Source: the human T2T-CHM13v2.0 reference genome, Homo sapiens. From it: 64,000 bases of DNA. Each line of letters opens with the position of its first letter. The first letter of the stretch is position 1. The position numbers and the translations under genes are program-made. This document shows positions 44,571-64,000 of this stretch, piece by piece. The stretch lies in the NCBI RefSeq assembly GCF_009914755.1, contig NC_060942.1. One strand, given 5' to 3'. The notes beneath the pieces were generated by a model. The model saw nothing but the letters and a program-made list of their open reading frames with translations. It was not told where the DNA came from and made no database searches.

Positions 44571-45897
44571 CATCTTCTACAGACAGGACCAACAAGCTGT
44601 CAGGTTTATGAAGAATTAATATTTGGGAAGCCCTCGTGTATAAAGACTTCAGACCATTTGAGGTGTTGGCTGAAAGCAAAATAAACGTGATAATAAAAAG
44701 AAGTCTTAAATATCAGCTTTGGCCTTATGAACAGCTGCAGAAATCCAGACTGTATCCTCTCCTTCCTGCTGTGTCATGTATATATTTATGAGTTAATTAA
44801 TTTTTGTTTGATTCCTCTCTCTTCTCTCTCACTATTATATATACGGTTTGTTTACCGTTAACTGTAATTTAGTTCATAGGTTTCAGAATAACGCAACTAC
44901 AGTGCAAGTGGAACTTGAGAATGAATGAACCTTCAGGATTGAGGATGGATGCGGTCAGTAACTGTTGTCACCCATTGGTGAGGGAGTGAGCACATTTTTT
45001 GTTTGAAATAAGGAGAATGGCATTGTCTCAAACAGAACAAGTTTGTTACTGTTGTTATGGGTGGAAATGAATGTCAGGAAAGAATATTATGTATGTAAAT
45101 CTAGAGAGTCAGACGAATAGATTTCAAAGGGTGTTTGTCATTCCTTTGTATTCTGGCAGACTCCCCAAGGTGTGTATCAGTGGATGCAGTGCTGGGTCTT
45201 CCCCTAACAAAGCTGAAATGCAAGTAAATCCTCCCTCTCCCTGCTCCTTGGTGGTCTGAACTCAGGATCTGGACCTGTCCTTACCCTACGGGATGCTCCC
45301 ACGTGGATCTTTGACTCTTCCACAGCAAAGTCCTGTGTGCTTTCTGTGGCTCATCCAGTGTTCTACCTCCTAAGACACAACAAAAAGAAGTTTGGTGTTG
45401 GCCCATTGCACTGGGAGCAAAGAAGGAGGTTAAAATGTTTTTCTAGGATGTTCTCTATAAAAACCTTCCTGATGCAAAGCACCTCTTTTTAGAGATTTGG
45501 GATAAGCTATTTAACCCCTAGCATCCTGGATTCTTCCATGGACAAAGACTGTGTCCTGTGGTTCTGTTGCTGTGGGTACCTACTCCAGGCCTTACCCCCT
45601 GGATGGTAAAAAGCTGTCAGGTGTTAATAGAAGGATTAGCACATAATAAAGTGCCCCCCACCCAAGTAATATTGGAAGAATTTAAAGAGGATGGTAATAA
45701 TAAGAGCACCTTGGAAGAAAAAATCAAACAAGCATCTGCCATTGCATTCTATGCTGAAATTAGGTCAAATTTTGTTTTTAACACAAACCTTTATGCTTGT
45801 TTAGGAATAAAAGACACAGTGCCAATAGGCACTAACCTACTTTAGGAGTTTTACCTGCTCACCAGAATGTCTAAAACATATTGTCCCACAAGTAAAG

Positions 45898-46456
<559 letters not shown>

Positions 46457-49400
46457 AGGTTCTTATATAGTAAGTGGCTTAGATTGTAGATAATAGATTT
46501 AGAACCAAAACATCGATCTCTTGCCCCTCCAATCAGTGCTTCTTGTACTGGAATGGATCTCTAGACTTGGTGTATGCACTCTCAATAGTGTGTATCGAAG
46601 GAGAGGAGAGGGCAGAGCAGGGGTAGTAGGGTGGGCTGGCCATTTTCTTGTGAGTTGAGAGGCTTAGACTCTGTTGGCACTAAGTGTCTTCTGATTTTAA
46701 AGAAGTCTCCTTACCTCCCGCTGCCTCAGTTCCTTTCTGTAAACCAGAGGAGAAGGGAAATTGTAGGATACTCTCCTAATATGATCTCGTGTTCTACGAA
46801 AGTCGTATGAAGGCGGAAGTGAAAGTAGATAATCTATTTTATTTCGTATGATTTTACCAACACATCTGTTGAAATTTTTTTTAAAACGTCATCATTCTGG
46901 TTCACATTTGCTTTTTTAAGACACATATTTGAGAATTCAGCCACTGGGCTTATTTATACTCATTATTATTCTAGGATAATCTTTGGGGTTTGAAATCACT
47001 TATAATCCCATAACACAAAACTGTGGCGAACATGTCCTCTGACCTACATGAATTATTTTCTGTGAAAATGAAAGTCGTGGACAGCCCTAATTAAATCCCT
47101 GCTGAGCAGATGCCAGTGCTTAGGACAGCTCTCCACGTGATCCATAGAAACAAATCAAGGTTTGCAGTTGGAGAACCACCAAAAGCAAGCCAGTGACTGT
47201 TCCTATGGCTTGTAAACACAAAAGAAAATATTAAAAAGTACACATGAGATACAAAGAATACTATTACAAGCAGGCCCAAGTCAGCCACTCAGCTTAGGCC
47301 TTAGAGCTGTGTCAGTATCGCTGAAGACTCTAAGGACTGGGCCTTCCCGACGCCATTCCTTCTCCTTCATCCCAGAGCCACCATCGTCTAATGTTGTGTT
47401 CATAATTGACTTAATTTCCTTCCTCATTTTCCTATATAACCATGTATCCTTAAAGTATATGTTGCTAAATCTTGCATATATTTGAAGTTTCTATTTAAGA
47501 TAAGTGGCATTATATTGTAGATAACCCAGTCTTTGGTTCAAGTTGATGTTTGGGAAGTCATCCACGGGTGTTGACATTTTCAGCTGAATGTCATTCATTT
47601 TCACTATTCTATAGAATTCCATTGCATGAATATCCCATGATGTATTTACTCATAGGGGGATTTTTTTCTTTTAATTACACAATTATATTATCTTAGTATT
47701 ATACATACATAACAATTATCATACCCTATTACCCAAAAGTTGTAAACATTCTGTGAATATAGGCTCCAATACGTAGAAGATTGAGCTGTGAACTCATTAA
47801 TTTTCTACATAGTTTCTTTGGAAACCAGAGATTTGAAAGCCAGAGTTATTGCTGATCTCCTCTTTCTGCTTCATTAGGCCTGCCTTTCCCGGTAACCTGT
47901 TCCTCAAATAATATTTCTCCCAACTGTGACACCAACTAGATGTCAAAACCTCAGTGATATCCGTTGATGTCAAAACATCAATTTATGTCAAATATAATTT
48001 AACCTAAAGCCGTTTCCTTTATTAGAATGATAATGTCATTTATCATATGTCTTTTCTTTCACTTTCCCTGATTTTAGTTATTAAAACAACACCCCACTTC
48101 AATGTGCTCATTTGTAAAATAGCAATGCCATTACTAACTTGTGTCTGTTACAGAGAGTATCCTACAAAGATGGTCTCAAAGTACTTTGAGATGAACAGAA
48201 TGTTCTATAAATGGGTATTGAAAATAATCAAGACATTCATGGATCCAAACAGGCCACAGAAATACCATAGCAACAAATGAACAATAATTGCTGCATTATG
48301 GGCTCTTTCCCCAGCTGCACTCATGCAATCAAAGCTCTGCTGCGTCTTCAGAGGAGCCCAGGTCAGGTCTGGCTGCCATCACCCATGAGGAAGACGTGCG
48401 GAGCCAGACAGGTGCCTGGAGGAAAGGTGGGTGTGTGCTGTCCTGCCCCATCCTCTCTGTTTCCCTCCCACGTTTGCAGAGATGTCCTCAGCATGGAACC
48501 AGGGCCCTTGACAGAGACATTGTCATTCTGGACACCCCACACCCAAGCCAGTTCATCCAAGTCACCCGATAAAATTGTGCTCTGAAGAAACTGCCTGTTT
48601 CAGCAAACTCCTTACCTTACTGGACGCATAGCGATGGCCAGCACAGGATGAGGCCATGGGAGGATCTTAATGACACAGTCCACTCTGCAAACCAAGGACA
48701 ACAAGGCAGCAGGTATGGCCACGGCCCCTCACCTTGGACTCTGTACGAGCCAATATACTGTGTTCTATTCCCCAGTTATTTCTGAATACGGCCACAGGGA
48801 GATGTGAGCCAGCCCTCCTTCTCTAGGGCACACAGAGGCTAGAAAAGATCCACAGGACCTGTTCAACTTGCCAGTGATCCCAAACTCCTGACCCAGGCAG
48901 ATCACTAAGAGAGAGAGAGAAATATTCCCTTTTCTAGGAAGGTCCTCTGGCCTCACCCAGCTCCATGATGTGTCCACTAGCTCAAGACACCCCAGTTATT
49001 GGGGGCATCTTCTCCAACAGTAGGGAGGACTGCGGCGAGGGCAGCTGTGGAGATGGTAGAATCTTTCCTGTGGGATTCTGGAATGTTGTGTCCCCTCTGG
49101 AAGAGACACAAGGAGTGAGGGTGAGACTGGAAAGGGTGTGGAAGGGAGAACCTTCCTTATTGCCTAGCGTCCCTCAGGGGCCAGTGACCAACCTTATTAG
49201 CCACCTCTGTGCATTCAACCACTTCCTCTCTCCTGAGGCAGCCCGAGCCTGAATATCTCAGCAAGGCATTAAGAAAGGCTTTAATAATTGATTTAATTAA
49301 AGTCTAAAAATTATAGAACCAGCTCCTATGCGTTGAGTGATTTCAGAGCTCTCTTTTTCTTTGCCGTCTTCGAAGGGTAATCTGGATGCTGGAGGGTTGC

Positions 49401-49772
49401 TTTCTGGCTTGACAAACTCAGTTTGTTTCCATAGTTACAAAACACTTGTGCTCTTCCCGACCCACAATCCATCAGGAGGGGTACGCTGGCTGCCTGGTAA
49501 CCACGAGATCATTTCCTGAATTCGCAGACCTCTTTAACATTATCCAAACATTAGAAAGGTGGTTGACCACACCTGTTTTGTGCACTGCCTGACAATCTCA
49601 TTTTGATTTAAGTATTTTGTAGGAAGCAAAGTAAAGACTATTTGCACTATAAATTACAAATATTTATGTCTAATCCCCCAATAAATGGGAATTTCAAGGG
49701 AAAAGGCGGGAACTCGAAAGAGTGAGCGCAGCCGCTGCAGTGGCCCAAGGAGTTTGCTCTTGCCCAGGCTGA

Positions 49773-50195
<423 letters not shown>

Positions 50196-50351
50196 TAGAT
50201 GTGGATAATTTATTCTCTCTTAACTGTATTAATAGTTCCCTTATCTGTGAAAGAGGTAACTCATGGCTTTGTTGAGAGGATTAAATAAGTGAAGGATTTA
50301 ATACAAGTATATATTTTGCACTCAGGAAGTGATCATTGCTATTTTGCCCTA

Positions 50352-50797
<446 letters not shown>

Positions 50798-51534
50798 AAT
50801 CTAGAGCCTTTCATGTAAATGTGGTTGCATTTGCTCCACTTCATGCAAGAGGCTGTTTAGCATGTGATTACAAGTGGCCCTCAAGCCAGAGTGTATGAGT
50901 TCAAATCTTGTCATTATCTCACACTAGATGTGTAATCTTAGGTAACCTCCTCAAAGTTTATTATACTTGCGTAGGTTTCCTTATCAGTAAAATAGAAATA
51001 ATAATATAAATCTTACTGCACTGGTAAGAGGATTAAGTGCACTCAGATTTCTAAAGGGCTTAGACCAGTGGAATGAGTTGGACACCCTGTGATACACACA
51101 AACCTCTCAGTCTGCTCTGTGAGCTGTTTCTCTCCTGCCACCTTGGATGAAATCTTCTGCTGGTCCTCATAATTTTCACAATCACTCCTGAATGGTACAA
51201 AGTCCTCTGGTCACTTCTTGAAGTAGTAATGACCTTATTTCAGAGATTAACATGCCTAGTCCCACATGAGAAAGTACTAAACTTCATCGCATGTTTCTCT
51301 TCCCCCAGTTTACGCTGGCCTAAGGGTATATTTGAATTTGTAGCTTTTGCTAAGAAGGTTGATGGAGGGGCAAGAGTCATGGAATTGATTTTTTACCACT
51401 TCCTTTAAAAGTCCCTCATAGGCCCTGCACCTTGCGTGGAATGTGGTTGTAGCTGACACTCATTATCCTGAGGCCTGGGCTGAAACTGGGAGAAAAAGAA
51501 TCCCATTCCCCAACCCCCAGCTTCATTAAGATAT

Positions 51535-53712
<2,178 letters not shown>

Positions 53713-53892
53713 AAAAGAAAAATCCCAGTTTTAATACTTATATGTGTAAAACAAATGTGACATTATTACTCTCAAAATGACAAATCTGAAATGACAGATC
53801 CTCAGTTTCACTCACGTATTGGGAGTCGAATCTAATGCAGCCTGTACAAACACTAATTTTCAGTTACCATATACATCCATACCTATTCCAAT

Positions 53893-54470
53893 ACTGGGTT
53901 ACAAGATTTAGCAAATAAAAATGTGAGAAATGTAGTCACATTTGAATACCAAATAAACACAAGTAATTTTTTATAAGACTCAATCCTCTCCCATATATGG
54001 GGCATACTTATACTAAAAATGTATTCACTATACTATGCAGCCATAAAAAATGATGAGTTCATATCCTTTGTAGGGACACGGATGAAGCTGGAAACCATCA
54101 TTCTCAGCAAACTTTCGAAAGGACAAAAAACCAAACACTGCATGTTCTCACTCATAGGTGGGAATTGAACAATGAGAACACTTGGACACAGGAAGGGGAA
54201 CATCACACACCGGGGCCTGTTGTGGGGTGGGGGGAGGGGGGAGGGATAGCATTAGGAGATATACCTAATGTTAAATGGAGAGTTAATGGGTGCAGCACAC
54301 CAACATGGCACATGTATACATATGTAACAAACCTGCACATTGTGCACATGTACCCTAAAACTTAGAGTATAATAATAATAAAATTAAAAAAATAAATAAA
54401 TAAAAATGTATTCACTGTTTATCTGAAATTTAAATGTAACTGGATGTTTTATATTTTGTCTGGAAACTAT
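53893..54470. mobile_element. MER33-type hAT MITE split by an L1PA insertion
   Basis: gatttagcaaataaaaat...catacttatactaaaa|...gtttatctgaaatttaaatgtaactgg. Confidence 0.7.
54030..54400 (+). mobile_element. L1PA (PA4/PA5-like) 3' end
   Basis: Well-preserved L1PA 3'UTR with G-tract; 16-bp TSD taaaaatgtattcact at 54014-54029 and 54401-54416. Confidence 0.93.
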
Positions 54471-55294
54471 TCCAATAATTCTTCTATTGGAGGTAGCTTG
54501 AGTTTTCAAGCCTAGATCAAGTAGAGTATTTTGGTTGCAAATAACAGATTACACATCTCATAACCGATGAGTAATTGGCATTTTCCCACAGAATAAGACA
54601 TTGAGAAGAGGGTGGTTCCCCTGTTGGTTAAACACGTTCCTGGTCATCCCTTCTACAGTGTTCTCAGTTTCCATCACGGGTCAGATGCAGCTCCAACATC
54701 ACGTCCTCTCACAGCACATCTTAATGGATGCGACCCAACCCTGGGCAGTCCTCTTTTAATTAAAGGAGGAGTTGTTTGAGACCCGTGGGGAATGGACTGG
54801 CCTCCTCTCCTAGGGTTGGCTGCCGCTTGTTGGGGATGTGGATAAGGCACTTCGGGTCTTTGCCCCGTGACAGAGAGACTTTCAGTTGCCCCTGGAGGCT
54901 GTCCAGGGAGATGCTGAGTTGGTGCTGGCTCAATAGCTCTGGCGGGCGGTGGCTGGAGGCCCAGGCCTGGAGGACCTGCCCAGTGAGGAGATATGGGAAC
55001 GGGCACCCACATAACAATCTGGCCACTTTTCTGCAGGGCTGCCGTGCTATGCCTGGGGCCCGCTTCAGTCTCTAGTCACCTCGGATTTTCCAGAACCTGG
55101 GCGTGTCACTAGGGAAGGCTGAGAAACAGCAAAGATGACAGCCTGTCCCTCCCTCTGGGAGCTTTGTCCCAGGGAGGAATGGACTTGTTGCCTGCTGAAA
55201 GGCATCTGTAGGAAGTGGCTGGAGACCCCGGTTGAGAAGCCCGGCCCAGCGGAAACGAACGGGATCAGGACCCGCTTAAAAAAGCAGAGTCTGG

Positions 55295-56899
55295 CTCCCT
55301 CTCCCTCCCCCTCCCCCTCCCCCTCCCCCTCTCCCTCTCCCTGGTCTCCCTCTCTCTCCCCACGATCTCCCTCTCCCTCTCTTTCCACGGTCTCCCTCTG
55401 ATGCCGAGCCGAAGCTGGACTGTACTGCTGCCATCTCAGCTCACTGCAACCCCCCTGCCTGATTCTCCTGCCTCAGCCTGCCGAGTGCCTGCGATTGCAG
55501 GCGCGTGCCGCCACGCCTGACTGGTTTTCGTATTTTTTTGGTGGAGACGGGGTTTCGCTGTGTTGGCCGGGCTGGTCTCCAGCTCCTAGCTGAGAGTGAT
55601 CCGCCAGCCTCGGCATCCCGAGGTGCCGGGATTGCAGACGGAGTCTGGTTCACTCAGTGCTCAATGGTGCCCAGGCTGGAGTGCAGTGGCGTGATCTCGG
55701 CTCGCTACAACCTCCACCTCCCAGCAGCCTGCCTTGGCCTCCCAAAGTGCCGAGATTGCAGCCTCTGCCCGGCCGCCACCCCGTCTGGGAAGTGAGGAGC
55801 GTCTCTGCCTGGCCGCCTATCGTCTGGGACGTGAGGAGCCCCTCTGCCTGGCTGCCCAGTCTGGAAAGTAAGGAGCGTCTCTTCCCGGCCGCCATCACAT
55901 CTGGGAAGTGAGGAGCGTCTCTGCCCGGCCGCCCATCGTCTGGGATGTGGGGAGCCCCTCTGCCTGGCTGCCCAGTCTGGAAAGTGAGGAGCGTCTCTTC
56001 CCGGCCGCCATCACATCTGGGAAGTGAGGAGCGTCTCTTCCCGGCCGCCATCACATCTGGGAAGTGAGGAGCGTCTCTGCCCGGCCGCCCATCGTCTGGG
56101 ATGTGGGGAGCCCCTCTGCCTGGCTGCCCAGTCTGGAAAGTGAGGAGCGTCTCTTCCCGGCCGCCATCCCATCTAGGAAGTGAGGAGCGTCTCTGCCCGG
56201 CCGCCCATTGTCTGAGAAGTGAGGAGACCCTCCACCCGGCAGCCACCCAGTCTGGGAAGTGAGGAGCGTCTCCGCCCGGCCAGCCGCCCCGTCCGGGAGG
56301 TGAGGGGCGCCTCTGCCCGGCCGCCCCTACTGGGAAGTGAGGAGCCCCTCTGCCCGGCCACCACCCCGTCTGGGAGGTGTACCCAACAGCTCATTGAGAA
56401 CGGGCCATGATGACAATGGCGGTTTTGTGGAATAGAAAGGGGGGAAAGGTGGGGAAAAGATTGAGAAATCGGATGGTTGCCGTGTCTGTGTAGAAAGAGG
56501 TAGACATGGGAGACTTTTCATTTTGTTCTGTACTAAGAAAAATTCTTCTGCCTTGGGATCCTGTTGATCGGTGACCTTACCCCCAACCCTGTGCTCTCTG
56601 AAACATGTGCTGTATCCACTCAGGGTTGAATGGATTAAGGGCAGTGCAAGATGTGCTTTGTTAAACAGATGCTTGAAGGCAGCATGGTCCTTAAGAGTCA
56701 TCACCACTCCCTAATCTCAAGTACCCAGGGACACAAACACTGCGGAAGGCCACAGGGTCCTCTGCCTAGGAAAACCAGAGACCTTTGTTCACTTGTTTAT
56801 CTGCTGACCTTCCCTCCACTATTGTCCTGTGACCCTGCCAAATCCCCCTCTGCAAGAAACACCCAAGAATGATCAATAAAAAAAAAAAAAAAAAAAAAA
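55295..56899 (+). mobile_element. Full-length SVA (SVA_D-like)
   Basis: (CCCTCT)n hexamer, Alu-like domain, VNTR (gtctgggaagtgaggagcgtctctgcccggcc), SINE-R, AATAAA at 56875-56880 and poly(A). Confidence 0.97.
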
Positions 56900-57795
56900 T
56901 TGGAGAAAGAATCTAATATTCAATATAAGAAAACTCTCTCCACCTAAGGAAATACTGATTCAGGATATCAAAGCAGATTACTGAATAAAGACAAAATAAA
57001 TAAAAAGAGAATACCACCAAGATTAAAAAAAAAAAAATTAGCCCGGCATGGTGGCGCATGCCTGTAGTTCCAGCTACTCTGAAGGCTGAGGTGGGAGGAT
57101 CACTTGAGCCTAGGCGGTTGAGGCTGTGGTGAGCTGTGATCACGCTGCTGCAACCAGCCTGGGCAACAGAGTGAGACCCTGTCCCAAAGAAAAGAAAAAG
57201 AAAAAAAAAAAAAGAAATTTAAAGATTAAGATATAAACAGTCAATTCACAGTTATAAAAATACAACAGACAAATAACTATAGGAAAAGGGGCTCAAGCTC
57301 ACTAATAACCAGGAAAATGCAAAATAAGATGGGTATTTCTCAATGACCATAATTTTAAGTAAGAAGTAGGGCTATAAACTGAAACACCACTTTAGTAAGC
57401 AAATTGACAACTTCCAGTAAATTTAATGCATGTATACTATCTTAACTTTACTTCTAAATGTATGTAGAGAAACTTTTGCTTTAAGTTGTGATTCTATGAT
57501 ATGGTGTTTTTAACTCAAGTAAAAAACAATCTAGTATGAGTTGTATGTATTAAAAGCGATGTTGAGTGAAAAAATTAGCTGTAAATATGTCACTGTCCTT
57601 TACGTAAAAATGAAATAATTGTATATCAAATTTACATAAAAATAATTAAAAGCAAGAAATAAACATATTCATGATACTTGTCACCAATGGTTAGGAAAGG
57701 AAGACTAGAGACAAACAATGGGATTGGGATGGGAGAAATAAAGAGGATCTGAACTTTTCAAAAAAAAAAAACAAAAAAACAAAACAAAACAAAAC
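56900..57795 (+). other. 3'-transduced DNA (~860 bp incl. an AluJ right arm at about 57025-57215) plus second poly(A) tail
   Basis: Lies between the SVA poly(A) and the 3' TSD AAAAAGCAGAGTCTGG (57796-57811; 5' copy 55279-55294); AATAAA at 57737-57742 precedes the tail starting at 57760. Confidence 0.9.
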
Positions 57796-58859
57796 AAAAA
57801 GCAGAGTCTGGCCACGTTCTGGTAGAGCACCTGTGCTGTGCTGGGGTCCACTTCAGCCCCCTGCCGCCTCGGATACTCCCTAGTCCAAAGGCTGGAACGG
57901 CAAAGTCACCCAAAAAGCAAGGAGCTGGCAGCCCGCCTGTCCATCTGGGCACGCCATCCGAGGGGGACTTCAGATCTCTGTCAGCTGGAGATCTCCGGCA
58001 GGGGTGGCTAGAGGCCCTGGCTGGGAGGTCTGGCCCAGTGAGCAGGAATGGCGTCAGGTACCTGCTAAGCAGCAGTCTGGCCGTGTTTTGGTAGGGCAGC
58101 TGTGCTGTGCTAAGGGATCTCTTCCGCCCCAGGTTGGCTCAGACTCTCCAGAGCCTGGAGGCTGGAAGGGCTAAATCACCTGAACAGCAAAGACGGTGGC
58201 CCACCCCTCACCCCGGGAGCTCCTTCTTAGGGAGGTGCAGGGCAGTGCTGGTAGCTGGCTGGAATTCCAAGCCGGGGGGCCTTTATCTTGTGGGGTGCTG
58301 TGGAAGTGGGGTCTGCAGGCTGCTGCTGCTCAGCCCTCTGGATTCAGCCTCTTTCCTAGGGGTATGTATGGGAGTCTAATCTCCCTCTTTGCCAGAGCTG
58401 CAGCTACTTTTGCCAGAAAGCCCAAGGATCTAAGGCTCCAGGGTCTCCATGCATGCCTGAGCAGCTGCTCTGCCCAGGCTCCAGGCAGCTCTGTGTCAGA
58501 CTGAAGACCCAAGGCCCTGGTGAGGGGGTTCACAAGGAGATCTCCTGAGCCAAGGGTTGCAAAGATCTGTGGGAGAAGCTTGCTTTCCTGGGCAGCTCAT
58601 TCACTCCCTGCTTCCCTGGGCGAGGGAGGATGTCCTGGCTCCATGTTGCTCCCCGGGGAGCCGTTGTCCAGTCTTCCTTCTCTTCATTCTCTGTAGGGTC
58701 AAGTTGTTTCCTTGATGAATCCCAATGCAAGGACCTGAATGTTTCAGCTGCAGGAGTTGTATTTACTCGCCCCTTCTGTTCCTCTCTGTGAGAGCCACGC
58801 ACACTAGCTGCTTCTAGCCAGTCATCTTGGCCCATCTCCCCAGATATTGGTGTTAACAT

Positions 58860-61835
<2,976 letters not shown>

Positions 61836-62082
61836 CTTGAAGTCCTCATTGGACCCCTTTTTATTAGGGGTGAACCCCTCTAATAAAACCTTCAACCAAC
61901 TTCTTCTTAAACATTATGAGACAGCATTGCATTGACTAACCACACATAAAACAATCAGTAGCAAGGGAAGTAGAATTGCCAAGATTGACTTACAATAACC
62001 AGCATCCACTTACTGGGTTCTCAAGACCTGAATAAATCAAGATTCTATTAGCAAAGAAGGAAAAATAGAAAGTTGGCCAGCA

Positions 62083-62461
<379 letters not shown>

Positions 62462-62489
62462 CTATCTATAAATAGGATTCCCAACAGTA

Positions 62490-64000
<1,511 letters not shown>

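Larger units (their letters stand above)
54725..58841 (-). mobile_element. L1PA8A-PA13-class 5'UTR (split by the SVA); no L1 body attached
   Basis: Minus strand starts GGGGAGATGGGCCAAGATGACTGGCTAGAAGCAGCT; internal ~250-bp repeats (gcccagtgag, gtctggcc, aacagcaaaga) continue across the SVA insertion. Confidence 0.7.

Noticed and set aside
55505-56872. ORFs up to 198 aa with internal repeats
   Set aside because: Translations of the SVA Alu-like, VNTR and SINE-R domains.

Overview
Primate, very probably human, non-coding genomic DNA; an AluYa5-type element and an SVA are present. I can support no protein-coding gene, RNA gene or CRISPR array. The long ORFs are explained by a TG/GC minisatellite or by Alu, SVA, LTR12 or L1 remnants. 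Much of the window is interspersed repeat: about 28 Alu pieces, several nested L1s, a solo LTR12C-type (ERV9) LTR, MaLR/ERVL LTRs, a piggyBac-derived MER75 and other DNA-transposon fossils. A repeat-poor, partly GC/CpG-rich stretch at about 28-35 kb looks regulatory. The best observation is a full-length SVA whose target-site duplication also encloses about 860 bp of foreign DNA and a second poly(A) tail, i.e. an SVA-mediated 3' transduction. Other observations are a ~350 bp local non-tandem duplication (unique DNA plus part of an Alu) copied 4.4 kb away, an internally deleted young AluY with intact TSD, a 10-unit CpG-rich VNTR carrying EGR-type sites, and a speculative LTR12-driven minus-strand lncRNA. 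I see no evidence for a new biological system; these are locus-level instances of known mechanisms. Subfamily names come from recalled consensus sequences and need RepeatMasker/Dfam confirmation.
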